Positions 1 through 8,923 of a stretch of DNA of 64,000 nucleotides are shown one piece after another. Under the pieces are notes generated by a model. It was not told where the DNA came from and ran no database searches. It was given only the letters and a program-made list of their open reading frames with translations. The stretch's first letter is position 1; each line of letters starts with the position of its first letter. Location: the NCBI GenBank assembly GCA_964399865.1, contig CAYNRJ010000001.1, positions 546,285 to 610,284 of the forward strand. Reading direction: 5' to 3'. The translations under genes were made by a program, and so were the position numbers. Origin of the DNA: an uncultured Candidatus Saccharibacteria bacterium (lineage in GTDB: Bacteria; Patescibacteriota; Minisyncoccia; Phycocordibacterales; UBA2100).

Positions 1-263
1 TTGATAGAAATGTCTTCGAGTGGCACTTCTGTGCGACGCATAGCACCGTGCACATCGTAAAGAATGATGCTTCCGGTACGATCATAGATTTTAGTTGATT
101 CAGAAACTCGTCTGCTCTCGAAATTTTCAATCGACGGGAGTGGGGCAACGGTCGCCCAAATAATTCCAGCCCCGAATATGAAAAGAAATAGGGCGATACC
201 GCCAATCGCGGCAAACTCAAACCAGACAAAAAATCTGCCTAATCGTTTTCTTAAAAATCTCAT
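1..263 (-). CDS. Class A penicillin-binding protein / peptidoglycan glycosyltransferase, N-terminal fragment; the gene continues past the window start
   Basis: Minus-strand ATG at about 263, absent from the ORF track because the window truncates it. My translation MRFLRKRLGRFFVWFEFAAIGGIALFLF...IENFESRRVSESTKIYDRTGSIILYDVHGAMRRTEVPLEDISI shows a membrane anchor followed by the typical transglycosylase N-terminal motif. Confidence 0.55.
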   Translation of the reverse strand, partial: MRFLRKRLGRFFVWFEFAAIGGIALFLFIFGAGIIWATVAPLPSIENFESRRVSESTKIYDRTGSIILYDVHGAMRRTEVPLEDISI

Positions 264-298
264 TTGGGGCTCATTGTAACGCTTTTGAAGGCGTTTTC

Positions 299-772
299 CT
301 ATGTACGCGAGCGGGCTAAGTGCGTTATGCCAATTGCTATTGCATCGTACTCATCATCATGACGTATCTGCTTGTCTATCCTTACGAGAAGATGAATCAT
401 CTTTGCGACCTGGGTCTTATCTGCTGAGCCCCATCCAGCTGCGGCACTCTTCACTTCGCCGGGTGTGTATTCACTTACAGGCACTCCAGCGGCTGATGCG
501 GCACCAATGAGCGCTCCTCGTACCTCGGCGACCTGCATCGCAGTCTTTTGATTATTCGAAAAATACACTTTTTCTATAGCAACCGCATCTGGAGCGTATA
601 CTTTTATTAAACGGACGCATTCTTCAGCGACCGTGGCGAGGCGTTCAGGGAAGGGGAGTTTTGCTGAAGTCTCGATACAGTCGGAATACGCCAATCTTTC
701 TTTTCCATCTTCCTTTTCAATTACGGCAACACCGCATCTTCCAAATCCGGGATCGATAGCGAGGACTCTCAT
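299..772 (-). CDS. ruvC: Crossover junction endodeoxyribonuclease RuvC (Holliday junction resolvase)
   Basis: 157 aa; MRVLAIDPGFGRCGVAV...YAPDAVAIEKVYF...AIAIGITHL is the RuvC/RNase H fold with its catalytic acidic residues. Confidence 0.9.
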   Translation of the reverse strand: MRVLAIDPGFGRCGVAVIEKEDGKERLAYSDCIETSAKLPFPERLATVAEECVRLIKVYAPDAVAIEKVYFSNNQKTAMQVAEVRGALIGAASAAGVPVSEYTPGEVKSAAAGWGSADKTQVAKMIHLLVRIDKQIRHDDEYDAIAIGITHLARSRT

Positions 773-861
773 GTAGTAAGGGTACTCTCGAATGTGGGGG
801 ATGACTAGTATAAAAATCGTTGCGGCGGCGGGACAAGTGTCTCCGCCGCCGCACTCCTCCG

Positions 862-1254
862 CTATTTGAACCTCAGGCGGGCTCCGATCCGCGCCAGAAG
901 CTGATCCTTGAGATAGGCCAGCTGCTGGCAGAACCTATAGAGTGCGTGACCGATATACGCGGCCGCGATTCCACCCCCGAGGAACCCGAAGACTTGCGCG
1001 AAGCGGATCGCGGTGTAGTCACTGTCAAATTCGCGGGTGTAGAGTGCGAGGCCGAAAAAAGGCCACGATGCTCCGTCGACCTGTGCGGAAGTGACCACTG
1101 CGACCGCGATCGAGGCTACGCCGATCACGAGGCCGTAGAGGAAGTTGTTCCATCGGATGCAAATGATCCCCGCGAGAACTCCGAACGCGGCAATAAGGGC
1201 GTAAATCGGGTGCATTTCGCGCTCCTCACGCTCATGTTGCCTGGCATCAGGCAA
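862..1254 (-). CDS. Hypothetical small integral membrane protein
   Basis: 130 aa with 3-4 hydrophobic helices, same strand as its neighbours. Preferred over the overlapping plus-strand ORF 820..1287, which is Arg-rich and low-complexity. Confidence 0.4.
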   Translation of the reverse strand: MPDARQHEREEREMHPIYALIAAFGVLAGIICIRWNNFLYGLVIGVASIAVAVVTSAQVDGASWPFFGLALYTREFDSDYTAIRFAQVFGFLGGGIAAAYIGHALYRFCQQLAYLKDQLLARIGARLRFK

Positions 1255-1295
1255 CTTCCTTTTAGTACTAAATCACCAAAACTCTGATGAGTAAA

Positions 1296-1826
1296 CTACT
1301 CAGCGTTCGTATACACTTCTTGCACGTCATCGTGCGCGTCTAGCTCCTCAAGTACTTTCATAAGCGCTTCGTTATCTGTTTCCGAAAGGGGGACAGTACT
1401 TTTCGGAGTGTATCCCTCCAAACTTTTCTCAAATGCCCACGATGCACTTCCTTGTGCGGCGAGAACAAGGCCGTTTTTTGTGAGAATGTGTTTTATTTCT
1501 TGAGAAGAACGATTTCGGCTATCAGTAAGAACTTCGATAAGTATCGCGGCGCCTCCTGGGCCGTAGGTTTCGTATGTTACAGATTCAAGCGCAGCTGCAT
1601 CGGCTGAGGTGCCCTTTGCAATCGCGCGTTCGATCGTGTCTTTCGGCATGTTGGCCTTCTTTGCGATATCAATTGCAGAGCGGAGGTTCGCGGCGTTAAC
1701 GTCGCCGTTCGCTTTTTTCGATTCGATCGCAATGCGTTTACCGAGCTTGCCCCAGACGTTACTTTTTAGCGCATCGTTTGCGCCCTTCTGTCGCTTGATT
1801 TGCGCCCATTTATTGTGACCTGACAT
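1296..1826 (-). CDS. YebC/PmpR-family probable transcriptional regulator
   Basis: Internal start MSGHNKWAQIKRQKGANDA... matches the conserved YebC N-terminus MSGHSKWA.IK. Shorter than the canonical protein. Confidence 0.75.
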   Translation of the reverse strand: MSGHNKWAQIKRQKGANDALKSNVWGKLGKRIAIESKKANGDVNAANLRSAIDIAKKANMPKDTIERAIAKGTSADAAALESVTYETYGPGGAAILIEVLTDSRNRSSQEIKHILTKNGLVLAAQGSASWAFEKSLEGYTPKSTVPLSETDNEALMKVLEELDAHDDVQEVYTNAE

Positions 1827-1907
1827 AGTTCCTGTACGGTACAACAAAAATAAGTTATGTGCTAGATTTTCTTTACCCGCTCAACAGAAGAGAAAGGATG
1901 TGAGGGC

Positions 1908-2105
1908 ATGCTCTTACCGTTAAGAGTGGCACTAGTGGTCGTTATGGTCGGGGGTCTCGTGTGGAGTGCCGTAGGCACTTTCGGAATGGACCCCGACGGG
2001 CCGAAGACGGCGGAAACGATCCTCTGGCCTGCTGCAGTAATTGCAGCCGGCCTCATCGGCCTATTGATCACTATGTTCCCACGGCGCTCTCGCCGCCGTC
2101 GCTAG
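1908..2105 (+). CDS. Hypothetical small membrane protein, two predicted TM helices
   Basis: 65 aa, two hydrophobic segments and a C-terminal RRSRRRR; a GC-rich hairpin follows at about 2131-2160. Confidence 0.3.
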   Translation: MLLPLRVALVVVMVGGLVWSAVGTFGMDPDGPKTAETILWPAAVIAAGLIGLLITMFPRRSRRRR

Positions 2106-2473
2106 TGACCAGTACTTTCTTGAAGGGCGGCTCCAGGTCGGGCCGCCCTCCATGTTTATGCACAACGTTGTACACTCGATATCCACGAATTTTAATGCTT
2201 CCACTCCGTTTGCGCAGGATTTTACTGCGGTAACATCATAAGTCTGATGCGCTTTACCGTGCGTCAGCGGAATCTGGTGAACTGCTCGAAAGGGCACGGA
2301 GTCGGAATCCAGTTCCTAGGGTCTATTGGGGCTTACGTCCCGAGACAGTACAGGAACCGTTGGCCATAGTAGTGGCTGCACGAGTCGGAGATACAGGCTT
2401 TACGTCAGTGTTTCTTGGCCTCCAAAGGAAGATCGTATCAACCAGAGGAGTGCCCGCGTAGCGAAGATCCATA

Positions 2474-2515
2474 ACGGCCAAAACAAAATGGACCTCCCTA
2501 GGGAGGTCCATTTTG
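2474..2515 (-). terminator. Rho-independent terminator downstream of ruvB
   Basis: Perfect hairpin GGACCTCCC-TA-GGGAGGTCC followed on the minus strand by TTTTGTTTTGG. Confidence 0.7.
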
Positions 2516-2580
2516 CTACCGTGCGTTAGTGCGTCTATTGTATACACATCCTAGAGATTAGTAGTCATTCTTATCCCCAC

Positions 2581-3591
2581 CTAGAAAAGTTTCTGCTCAT
2601 CTTTTGGCGCATCGATACCCACGTGCTGGTACCCTTTTTTCGTCACGGTTCGGCCGCGGGGAGTGCGATCAAGAAGTCCTAACTGCATGAGGTAGGGCTC
2701 ATGCACCTCTTCAATAGTGTCTTCTTCCTCAGAGAGGGACGCGGAAACAGTTTTAAGACCAACAGGACCCCCTCCGAACTTCTCGATAATGAGGGTGAGA
2801 ATATCTCGGTCGGTTTGATTGAGTCCGCCCTCATCAATCTCCAGAAGCGCCAATGCTTTTTTTACCGTTTTAATATTGAGAGGTTCACCGGTTACCTCGG
2901 CAAAGTCACGCGCACGCTTCAATAGATAATTTGCAGTACGAGGTGTCGCCCGGCTTCTCTTTGAGACTTCCATCAGTGACTCGTCATCAATCTGTATATT
3001 CAATATTTTTCCAGACCGTTTCAATATCTCCGCGATCTCGCTGTCGTTGTAGTAATTAAGTCGGAATGTGCCACCCGAGAAACGAGAGCGAAGTGGGGCA
3101 GAGAGCATGGAGATGCGCGTCGTCGCAGCGATGAGTGTAAAAGGAGGTAGTTCCAATTGCACAGTGCGTGCCGCTGGCCCCTTCCCGATGACGATATCAA
3201 GGACCCCGTTTTCCATCGCAGGGTAGAGTACTTCCTCGATCGCACGATTGAGGCGGTGCATCTCGTCTATAAATAGAACATCTCCAGGAGAGAGGTTAGT
3301 CAAAATGGATGCAAGGTCGCCGACGCGCTCGATCGCGGGGCCAGAAGTTGCTCGAAGTGAAGCTCCGATCTCTTTCGCCATCAAATGGGCGAGAGTAGTT
3401 TTTCCTAGTCCAGGTGGTCCGTATAAAAGTACGTGTTCTGGCTGATGGTTACGCCTCTTTGCGGCTGTAAGGAGGATGCGAAGGTTCTCTTTTATGCCGG
3501 ACTGTCCAACATATTCGTCCCAAAGTCCGGGGCGGAGCGCTTGATCGAGCGTCCGCGAAGCTTTTTCTGTTGTCGGTTGTTGTTTTGTCAT
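2581..3591 (-). CDS. ruvB: Holliday junction branch migration ATPase RuvB
   Basis: 336 aa; Walker A LYGPPGLGKTTLA, FIDEMHRL, AATT sensor motif and a C-terminal winged helix. Confidence 0.93.
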   Translation of the reverse strand: MTKQQPTTEKASRTLDQALRPGLWDEYVGQSGIKENLRILLTAAKRRNHQPEHVLLYGPPGLGKTTLAHLMAKEIGASLRATSGPAIERVGDLASILTNLSPGDVLFIDEMHRLNRAIEEVLYPAMENGVLDIVIGKGPAARTVQLELPPFTLIAATTRISMLSAPLRSRFSGGTFRLNYYNDSEIAEILKRSGKILNIQIDDESLMEVSKRSRATPRTANYLLKRARDFAEVTGEPLNIKTVKKALALLEIDEGGLNQTDRDILTLIIEKFGGGPVGLKTVSASLSEEEDTIEEVHEPYLMQLGLLDRTPRGRTVTKKGYQHVGIDAPKDEQKLF

Positions 3592-3637
3592 GTTCGTGGC
3601 TTTGCCGAGCTCAATATGAGGCAGGCAGAGGCATGTA

Positions 3638-3665
3638 TTGACAGTTAATTATTATATGTTATACT
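3638..3665 (+). promoter_or_regulatory. Near-consensus sigma70 promoter TTGACA-16-TATACT firing away from ruvB into a 290-nt ORF-free region
   Basis: TTGACA at 3638-3643 and TATACT at 3660-3665, read directly from the sequence. Confidence 0.5.
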
Positions 3666-3680
3666 CTCACCCAGTTTGAA
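3651..3680 (-). promoter_or_regulatory. Putative sigma70 promoter for ruvB (TTCAAA-18-TATAAT on the minus strand)
   Basis: Minus-strand TATAAT (plus 3651-3656) with TTCAAA (plus 3675-3680), about 60 nt upstream of the ruvB start. Confidence 0.45.
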
Positions 3681-3911
3681 TCTCCTAGTTTTTGTTTCAG
3701 ATATTCGGGGGCGCGAGTATCCGAGCGATAGTAGCTTTACCACGGACAAGACAGTTTCGACTTTCTTTATCCATAGGTCCACGCTGCAACATTCCCACGA
3801 ATGCATCGCTCGGGTAATCGTGCCCCCGACTCGTTTCAGGGTAGCACTCTATTAAAAAATGCAAAGCATTTTTTTGTTCGAGAAGCTTTCTTCCAATTCG
3901 TCAACGTTGCA

Positions 3912-3949
3912 ATTCAAAAATTGCCAAAATGCAGGACGCATTATGCGTC
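3912..3949 (-). terminator. Terminator downstream of the pilB-like gene
   Basis: Palindrome GACGCATTATGCGTC followed on the minus strand by a T-rich run (CTGCATTTTGGCAATTTTTG). Confidence 0.5.
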
Positions 3950-3961
3950 TATTTTTAATAC

Positions 3962-5653
3962 TTATGCGATCGTCTCGAGCATCACTTCATCTGTAAGATC
4001 GACGACACGAGATAATTCATCGAGAGAAGTGACACCGGTGAGGACTTTTACAGCACCATCTTGCGCCATGCGACGGATATTTTGGTGTTTTGCTGCCTTC
4101 CATATATCGCGTTCGCTTGATGTGTGTCTCACGCACTCCTCAATCTCTTTATCCATAAGGACAGCTTCAACGACTGCAACTCGTCCCTTATATCCTAAGC
4201 CACCGCATTTTTCGCATCCCTTAGGGACCCACATCCCGTTTCTATCCTGCGGCAAGCCCTCAGGGTGAGGGATGTTTTTAAGTATTGGTTCGAGTAATTT
4301 CGCCTCATCGGCAGAAATTTGTTTTGGTTCACGACAGTGTGGGCAAAGGCGTCGTACAAGGCGTTGTGCCATCGAAATGGTGACAGCGGCGCCGAGCACG
4401 TCAGCGTTCACTCCCATGTCTATAAGGCGGGGGAAGGTGCCTGCGGCATCGTTGGTGTGAAGTGTTGAAAACACGAGGTGACCCGTAAGAGATGCATTGA
4501 TCGCGGTCGAGGCGACCTCAGCATCTCGGATCTCGCCGACCATGATGACATCTGGGTCTTGGCGAAGAGTGGAGCGAAGTCCTTCTGCGAACGTGTAGTC
4601 TTTTGAAACCTGAGTTTGTACTACGCCCGGTAGGTGGTATTCGATCGGGTCTTCTATAGTGACGATCTTTATTTCCGGCTTATGAACGTGCTTTAAGAAC
4701 GCGTACAGCGTCGTTGTTTTACCGCTACCGGTAGGACCAGTGTTCAAGATCATGCCGTTTGGTTTTGCGATCTCGCGTTTGAAAATATCCATGAGATACG
4801 TATCAAAACCGAGCTCTTCCATTGGGAGCGCGATTGTCGTTGGATCAAGAACGCGCATGACGATCGTTTCTGCATATGCTCCGGGCAGCACCGAGGTACG
4901 TATCTCAAGTTCTTTGTTGTGGACTACGATTGAGAATCGGCCGTCCTGGGCGGCGTTTTTAACATTGAGCTTCAGTCCTGAGAGAAGTTTGATACGCGAC
5001 GCGATAAGCGCGTAGGTGGGGAGGTCGAATGTCATAACTTCAACCAGCACGCCGTCGAGTCGGTAACGCATTCGCACATTCGCTTCTTCCGGCTCTAAGT
5101 GCACGTCAGATACTCCTAAGCTTACTGCTCCGGCCATGACGACTTCAAGAACGCGAGAAATACGATGCGTGTCTTTGCTCCCCGCGTGCGATGTTATTTC
5201 TGCGCGCACGTCGTCGAGAGTCTTTAATTTTTCGAGAAGTTCCTGGATCGTGTCGTTGGATAACATCAAAATACCCGCCTCTGTTTCTGTCGCGTACGAA
5301 AGATCCTTATATCGCTCCCATGCATGTTTCAAAGAAGATTCAGAAACGATATATCGCTGTACCTCATACCCGAGGTGTTCAAGGGTCTGCAGGCTCTGTA
5401 GGGAATCAGCGCGCTCTGGAGCGCGCATCGCAACAGCAACTTTTCTATGTGTTTTACGAAACGCTGCGACCTCGCTTGCTCTCGCTTCCTCTTCTACAAG
5501 GAGACGAAGAGCGTCGGTGTCTATCGCGCTTTTGGTGAGGTCGACGTATGGAACGCCGTATTTTGATGCGAGCATCTGTGCGAGATCTTCCTCCTCGCGG
5601 GCGTGAAGCTCCTGCAAACGGTCATCTTGTTTTGAGCTATTGAACTGAACCAT
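3962..5653 (-). CDS. pilB: Type IV pilus assembly ATPase PilB (GspE/PilB secretion ATPase family)
   Basis: 563 aa; Walker A GPTGSGKTTTLYA, Asp and His boxes, and the C-terminal tetracysteine CPHC...CEKCGG typical of GspE/PilB. Confidence 0.85.
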   Translation of the reverse strand: MVQFNSSKQDDRLQELHAREEEDLAQMLASKYGVPYVDLTKSAIDTDALRLLVEEEARASEVAAFRKTHRKVAVAMRAPERADSLQSLQTLEHLGYEVQRYIVSESSLKHAWERYKDLSYATETEAGILMLSNDTIQELLEKLKTLDDVRAEITSHAGSKDTHRISRVLEVVMAGAVSLGVSDVHLEPEEANVRMRYRLDGVLVEVMTFDLPTYALIASRIKLLSGLKLNVKNAAQDGRFSIVVHNKELEIRTSVLPGAYAETIVMRVLDPTTIALPMEELGFDTYLMDIFKREIAKPNGMILNTGPTGSGKTTTLYAFLKHVHKPEIKIVTIEDPIEYHLPGVVQTQVSKDYTFAEGLRSTLRQDPDVIMVGEIRDAEVASTAINASLTGHLVFSTLHTNDAAGTFPRLIDMGVNADVLGAAVTISMAQRLVRRLCPHCREPKQISADEAKLLEPILKNIPHPEGLPQDRNGMWVPKGCEKCGGLGYKGRVAVVEAVLMDKEIEECVRHTSSERDIWKAAKHQNIRRMAQDGAVKVLTGVTSLDELSRVVDLTDEVMLETIA

Positions 5654-5748
5654 GAGAGATATTGTACCTCGCCCATGGCCTCATATGGCGCAAAATGAAC
5701 ATACGTACTGTAAAGATGCCTAAAGAGCCTCCAGTGCTAGAATGCGCG

Positions 5749-8160
5749 ATGAAGGAAATACCTATGGGAAAGAAAGCAGGCGACAAAAAAAGTGATACGC
5801 AACGGCTCGTACTTTTAGACACTCACGCGATTCTTCATCGCGCGTATCATGCGCTGCCTGATTTTTCATCGTCAAAAGGCGAGCCAACAGGTGCTTTGTA
5901 TGGTCTCATCACGATTCTTTTAAAGATCATAGAAGATCTAAAACCAGATTACATTGTCGCGACACGCGATCTACCAGGCTCCACCGTTCGGCACGAACTG
6001 TTCGAAGCGTATAAGGCGAAGCGTCCAGAAACAGAGCCTGAGCTGATCCGGCAATTGGAACGCGCCCCGTCAGTCTTTGAAGCATTCGGGATACCAATGT
6101 ACTCAGCTCCGGGATTTGAAGCCGATGACATGCTCGGAACTATTGTTGCTCAGATTGGAGTGCGACGTGATATTGAAGTTGTTATCGCATCCGGGGATAT
6201 GGACACGCTTCAGCTCGTTTCGCCGCGTGTTTCGGTGTTCACTATGCGAAAAGGGCTCAATGACACGATCCTATACGACGAAGATCGAGTACATGAGCGA
6301 TATGGCTTTGGTCCGGAGAGAGTCATAGATTACAAAGCGCTCCGAGGAGATCCGTCGGACAACATTCCGGGCGTTAAGGGAATTGGCGAGAAGACCGCGA
6401 CAGAATTAATCGAAGCGTTCGGATCTCTCGAGGAGATTTATAGAATTATTGAAACAGAACCAGGGCAAGTTAAAGAAGCAGGAATAAAACCTCGTACGAT
6501 CGATCTCTTAAAAACGGGGAAAGCAGACGCAGCCTTTTCAAAACAACTCGCGACAATTCGCCGCGATGCACCAATACAATTCACACTTCCGGATCGTCAG
6601 TGGCATGTCAGCGATCATGCAAAAAATATTGAAGCTCTTTGTGACGAGCTCGAGTTTAAAGCACTGAAGAGTCGCATACAAGGTAAAGCTAATTCTGTGA
6701 CAGAGAAGAAAGAAGAAAGCGTGAAATCCGAGGTCGTCGTGGACCCGCAGGCTCTTCGAGAGGCATCGATTGCGCTCTGGCTCGTTCATTCTGATACGTC
6801 GAACCCAAGTCTCGACGATATCTTCGCGCATACCAATGAACAGGATTTTGAAAAAGCGCGAGAGGCAATCTTCAAAGAGCTTCGAGAGGCAGGGCGTGTC
6901 TCCGAAGTGTTTGAAAAAATCGAGAAACCTCTCATTCCTGTTGTTGAAAAGATGAACAAGAATGGAATACTCATCGACTTGCCGCACGTGAAGGAGCTTG
7001 AGAAGGAGTACAGCACGGAGTTAGGAAAAATAGCAGGTCGCATCTTTGCGCATGCTGGTCGCGAATTCAATATCAATTCGCCTAAACAGCTCGGTGTTGT
7101 TCTCTACGAAGAATTAAAGATCGCTCCCACAAAACAGAAAAAAACACCAACGGGCGCTCGTACAACGAGGGAAGATGAGCTCGTTAAAATGGCGTCTCTC
7201 CATCCAATCATCGCTGACATACTCGCGTATCGCGAATTACAAAAATTACTCTCAACCTATATTCAGAAAATCCCTGGAGAGGTTGGGGAAGACGGAAGAC
7301 TACACACGGAATTTATCCAAGCAGGCACGACGACGGGGCGAATGGCAAGTCAGGAACCGAACCTGCAGAATATTCCTATCAAGAGCGAATACGGGAGACG
7401 AATTCGCGAAGCGTTTATTGCGCCTAAGGGAAGCATTTTAGCGGCGATAGATTATTCACAGATAGAATTACGGGTAGCCGCGGGGCTCTCGGGTGATGAA
7501 AAGTTAGGGCGAGTGTTCCGAGAAGGAGGGGACGTACACACCGCCGTCGCCTCCGAAGTATTTAATGTGCCACCGGAGATGGTAGATCACGAGATGCGAC
7601 GGCGTGCGAAAGTAATTAACTTCGGCATTCTCTACGGCATGGGCGTGAATGCGCTCCGTGCCAATCTTGGGGAGTCCGTATCGCGCGACGAGGCCGCCAC
7701 CTTTCTTTCCGAATACTTTAAGAATTACTCCGGTCTTGCTCGTTGGATCGAGCATACGAAAGTCGAAGCTACTCGTCGTGGATTTACAGAAACTCTTTTT
7801 GGAAGACGTCGCTATTTCCCTGGGCTTAAGTCGACACTCCCTGGAATAAAAGCGCAGGCAGAAAGAATGGCAGTGAACGCTCCGATACAGGGAACTCAAT
7901 CTGACATCATTAAGCTAGCGATGGTGGAGGCAGACAAGCTCATTGAACGAAACGGTTGGCAAGATAAAACAAAACTCATTCTTCAGGTGCACGACGAATT
8001 AGTCTATGAGGTCGACGAGAAAGAAGGAGAAAAGGTGGCGCGGGAATTACGGAACGTTATGGAATCCGTTGTTTCAAAAGATATGCTCTCCGGTGTGCCA
8101 ATAGTTGCTGAGATTGCGATCGGCAAGAATTGGGGCGAGTTGAAGAAGATTGGTCGCTAA
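5749..8160 (+). CDS. polA: DNA polymerase I (5'-3' exonuclease plus polymerase domains; 3'-5' exonuclease region reduced)
   Basis: N-terminal FEN-like domain (LLDTHAILHRAYHA, GIGEKTA), polymerase motifs RRAKVINFGILYGMG and LQVHDELVYEV. The ATG at 5749 is preferred over the track start. Confidence 0.9.
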   Translation: MKEIPMGKKAGDKKSDTQRLVLLDTHAILHRAYHALPDFSSSKGEPTGALYGLITILLKIIEDLKPDYIVATRDLPGSTVRHELFEAYKAKRPETEPELIRQLERAPSVFEAFGIPMYSAPGFEADDMLGTIVAQIGVRRDIEVVIASGDMDTLQLVSPRVSVFTMRKGLNDTILYDEDRVHERYGFGPERVIDYKALRGDPSDNIPGVKGIGEKTATELIEAFGSLEEIYRIIETEPGQVKEAGIKPRTIDLLKTGKADAAFSKQLATIRRDAPIQFTLPDRQWHVSDHAKNIEALCDELEFKALKSRIQGKANSVTEKKEESVKSEVVVDPQALREASIALWLVHSDTSNPSLDDIFAHTNEQDFEKAREAIFKELREAGRVSEVFEKIEKPLIPVVEKMNKNGILIDLPHVKELEKEYSTELGKIAGRIFAHAGREFNINSPKQLGVVLYEELKIAPTKQKKTPTGARTTREDELVKMASLHPIIADILAYRELQKLLSTYIQKIPGEVGEDGRLHTEFIQAGTTTGRMASQEPNLQNIPIKSEYGRRIREAFIAPKGSILAAIDYSQIELRVAAGLSGDEKLGRVFREGGDVHTAVASEVFNVPPEMVDHEMRRRAKVINFGILYGMGVNALRANLGESVSRDEAATFLSEYFKNYSGLARWIEHTKVEATRRGFTETLFGRRRYFPGLKSTLPGIKAQAERMAVNAPIQGTQSDIIKLAMVEADKLIERNGWQDKTKLILQVHDELVYEVDEKEGEKVARELRNVMESVVSKDMLSGVPIVAEIAIGKNWGELKKIGR

Positions 8161-8201
8161 GGACACTCGCCCAATCACGGCTTGGGGGATAGAATTGAGC
8201 A

Positions 8202-8837
8202 ATGCTCCATCTTTTTACAGGCACTGATCGGGAGAAAGTACGCACAGAGCTCAGCAAGGCTGTCGAAAAAATACGAGGGGCTTCGGTAGTCAGAATAAGT
8301 GACGCAAACTCTGTTTCGGATCTTTCGGCAGTTTTGCAGGGAGGGGGAATGTTTGGCGGAAAGAGGGCGATCATTTTTGAAAATGTGCTGGCGAATGAAG
8401 AGATGGAAAGCATAGTGCGTGACATACTCCCAACTCTCGCAGATTCCTCGGACGAATATTTTATCTTTGAAGAGAAGCCAGATGCCGCCACCAGGCGATT
8501 GCTTGAGAAATACGCGAAAGATTCTGAAAGATTCGACGCTCCAAAGGAAAAAAAGGAAAGTAATGACATCTTCGCGCTCGCGGCAGCACTGCGTCGCGGT
8601 GACAAGAAAACATTGTGGGTGAGTTACCAGAAATCTCTCCTTCGCGGGGAGAGGGTAGAGGCCGTACACGGGGTGTTATTTTGGGGAGCGAAGCAGGCAT
8701 ACCTTTCAGCGCGTTCAGCTGATGAGAAAAGGCGAGCGGAAAAATTGGTAGCAGACCTTGCGGAATTGCCCCACGTATCACGCCGCCATGGATTTGATCT
8801 TGAGTATGCTCTCGAGAAGTATCTTCTCTCGGTTTAA
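8202..8837 (+). CDS. DNA polymerase III delta subunit (HolA)-like protein, short form
   Basis: 211 aa; N-terminal MLHLFTGTD...GGMFGGKRAIIFEN and C-terminal DIFALAAALRRGDKKTLWVSYQKSL resemble the HolA N- and C-terminal domains. Confidence 0.5.
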   Translation: MLHLFTGTDREKVRTELSKAVEKIRGASVVRISDANSVSDLSAVLQGGGMFGGKRAIIFENVLANEEMESIVRDILPTLADSSDEYFIFEEKPDAATRRLLEKYAKDSERFDAPKEKKESNDIFALAAALRRGDKKTLWVSYQKSLLRGERVEAVHGVLFWGAKQAYLSARSADEKRRAEKLVADLAELPHVSRRHGFDLEYALEKYLLSV

Positions 8838-8923
8838 TCACACTCGTACGAAAAGTCGTGTTTTCGCGTGATACGCTTAGAGTAATGAGGGTCACTCGTG
8901 CTATTCCATTGGTATCTACACAT

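Noticed and set aside
820-1287. Plus-strand 155-aa ORF overlapping the 862..1254 minus-strand membrane ORF.
   Set aside because: Arg/Pro-rich low-complexity translation, opposite to the local gene orientation; the minus-strand frame encodes plausible TM helices.
2285-2330. Minus-strand CTGGATTCCGAC looked like the tmRNA 5' consensus (GGGGCUGAUUCUGGAUUCGAC).
   Set aside because: No GGGG 5' terminus, no tag-peptide reading frame ending in ALAA-stop, and no tRNA-like 3' end (GGTTCGANTCC…CCA) found in either orientation.
3801-4268. Plus-strand 155-aa ORF.
   Set aside because: It runs antisense through the 3' end of pilB and has Ser/Thr/Arg-rich odd composition; probably a shadow ORF, although the upstream plus-strand promoter is noted as a finding.
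8057-8669. Two minus-strand ORFs (182 and 164 aa) overlapping the polA 3' end and the holA-like gene.
   Set aside because: Ser/Arg-rich low-complexity translations, antisense to well-supported genes.
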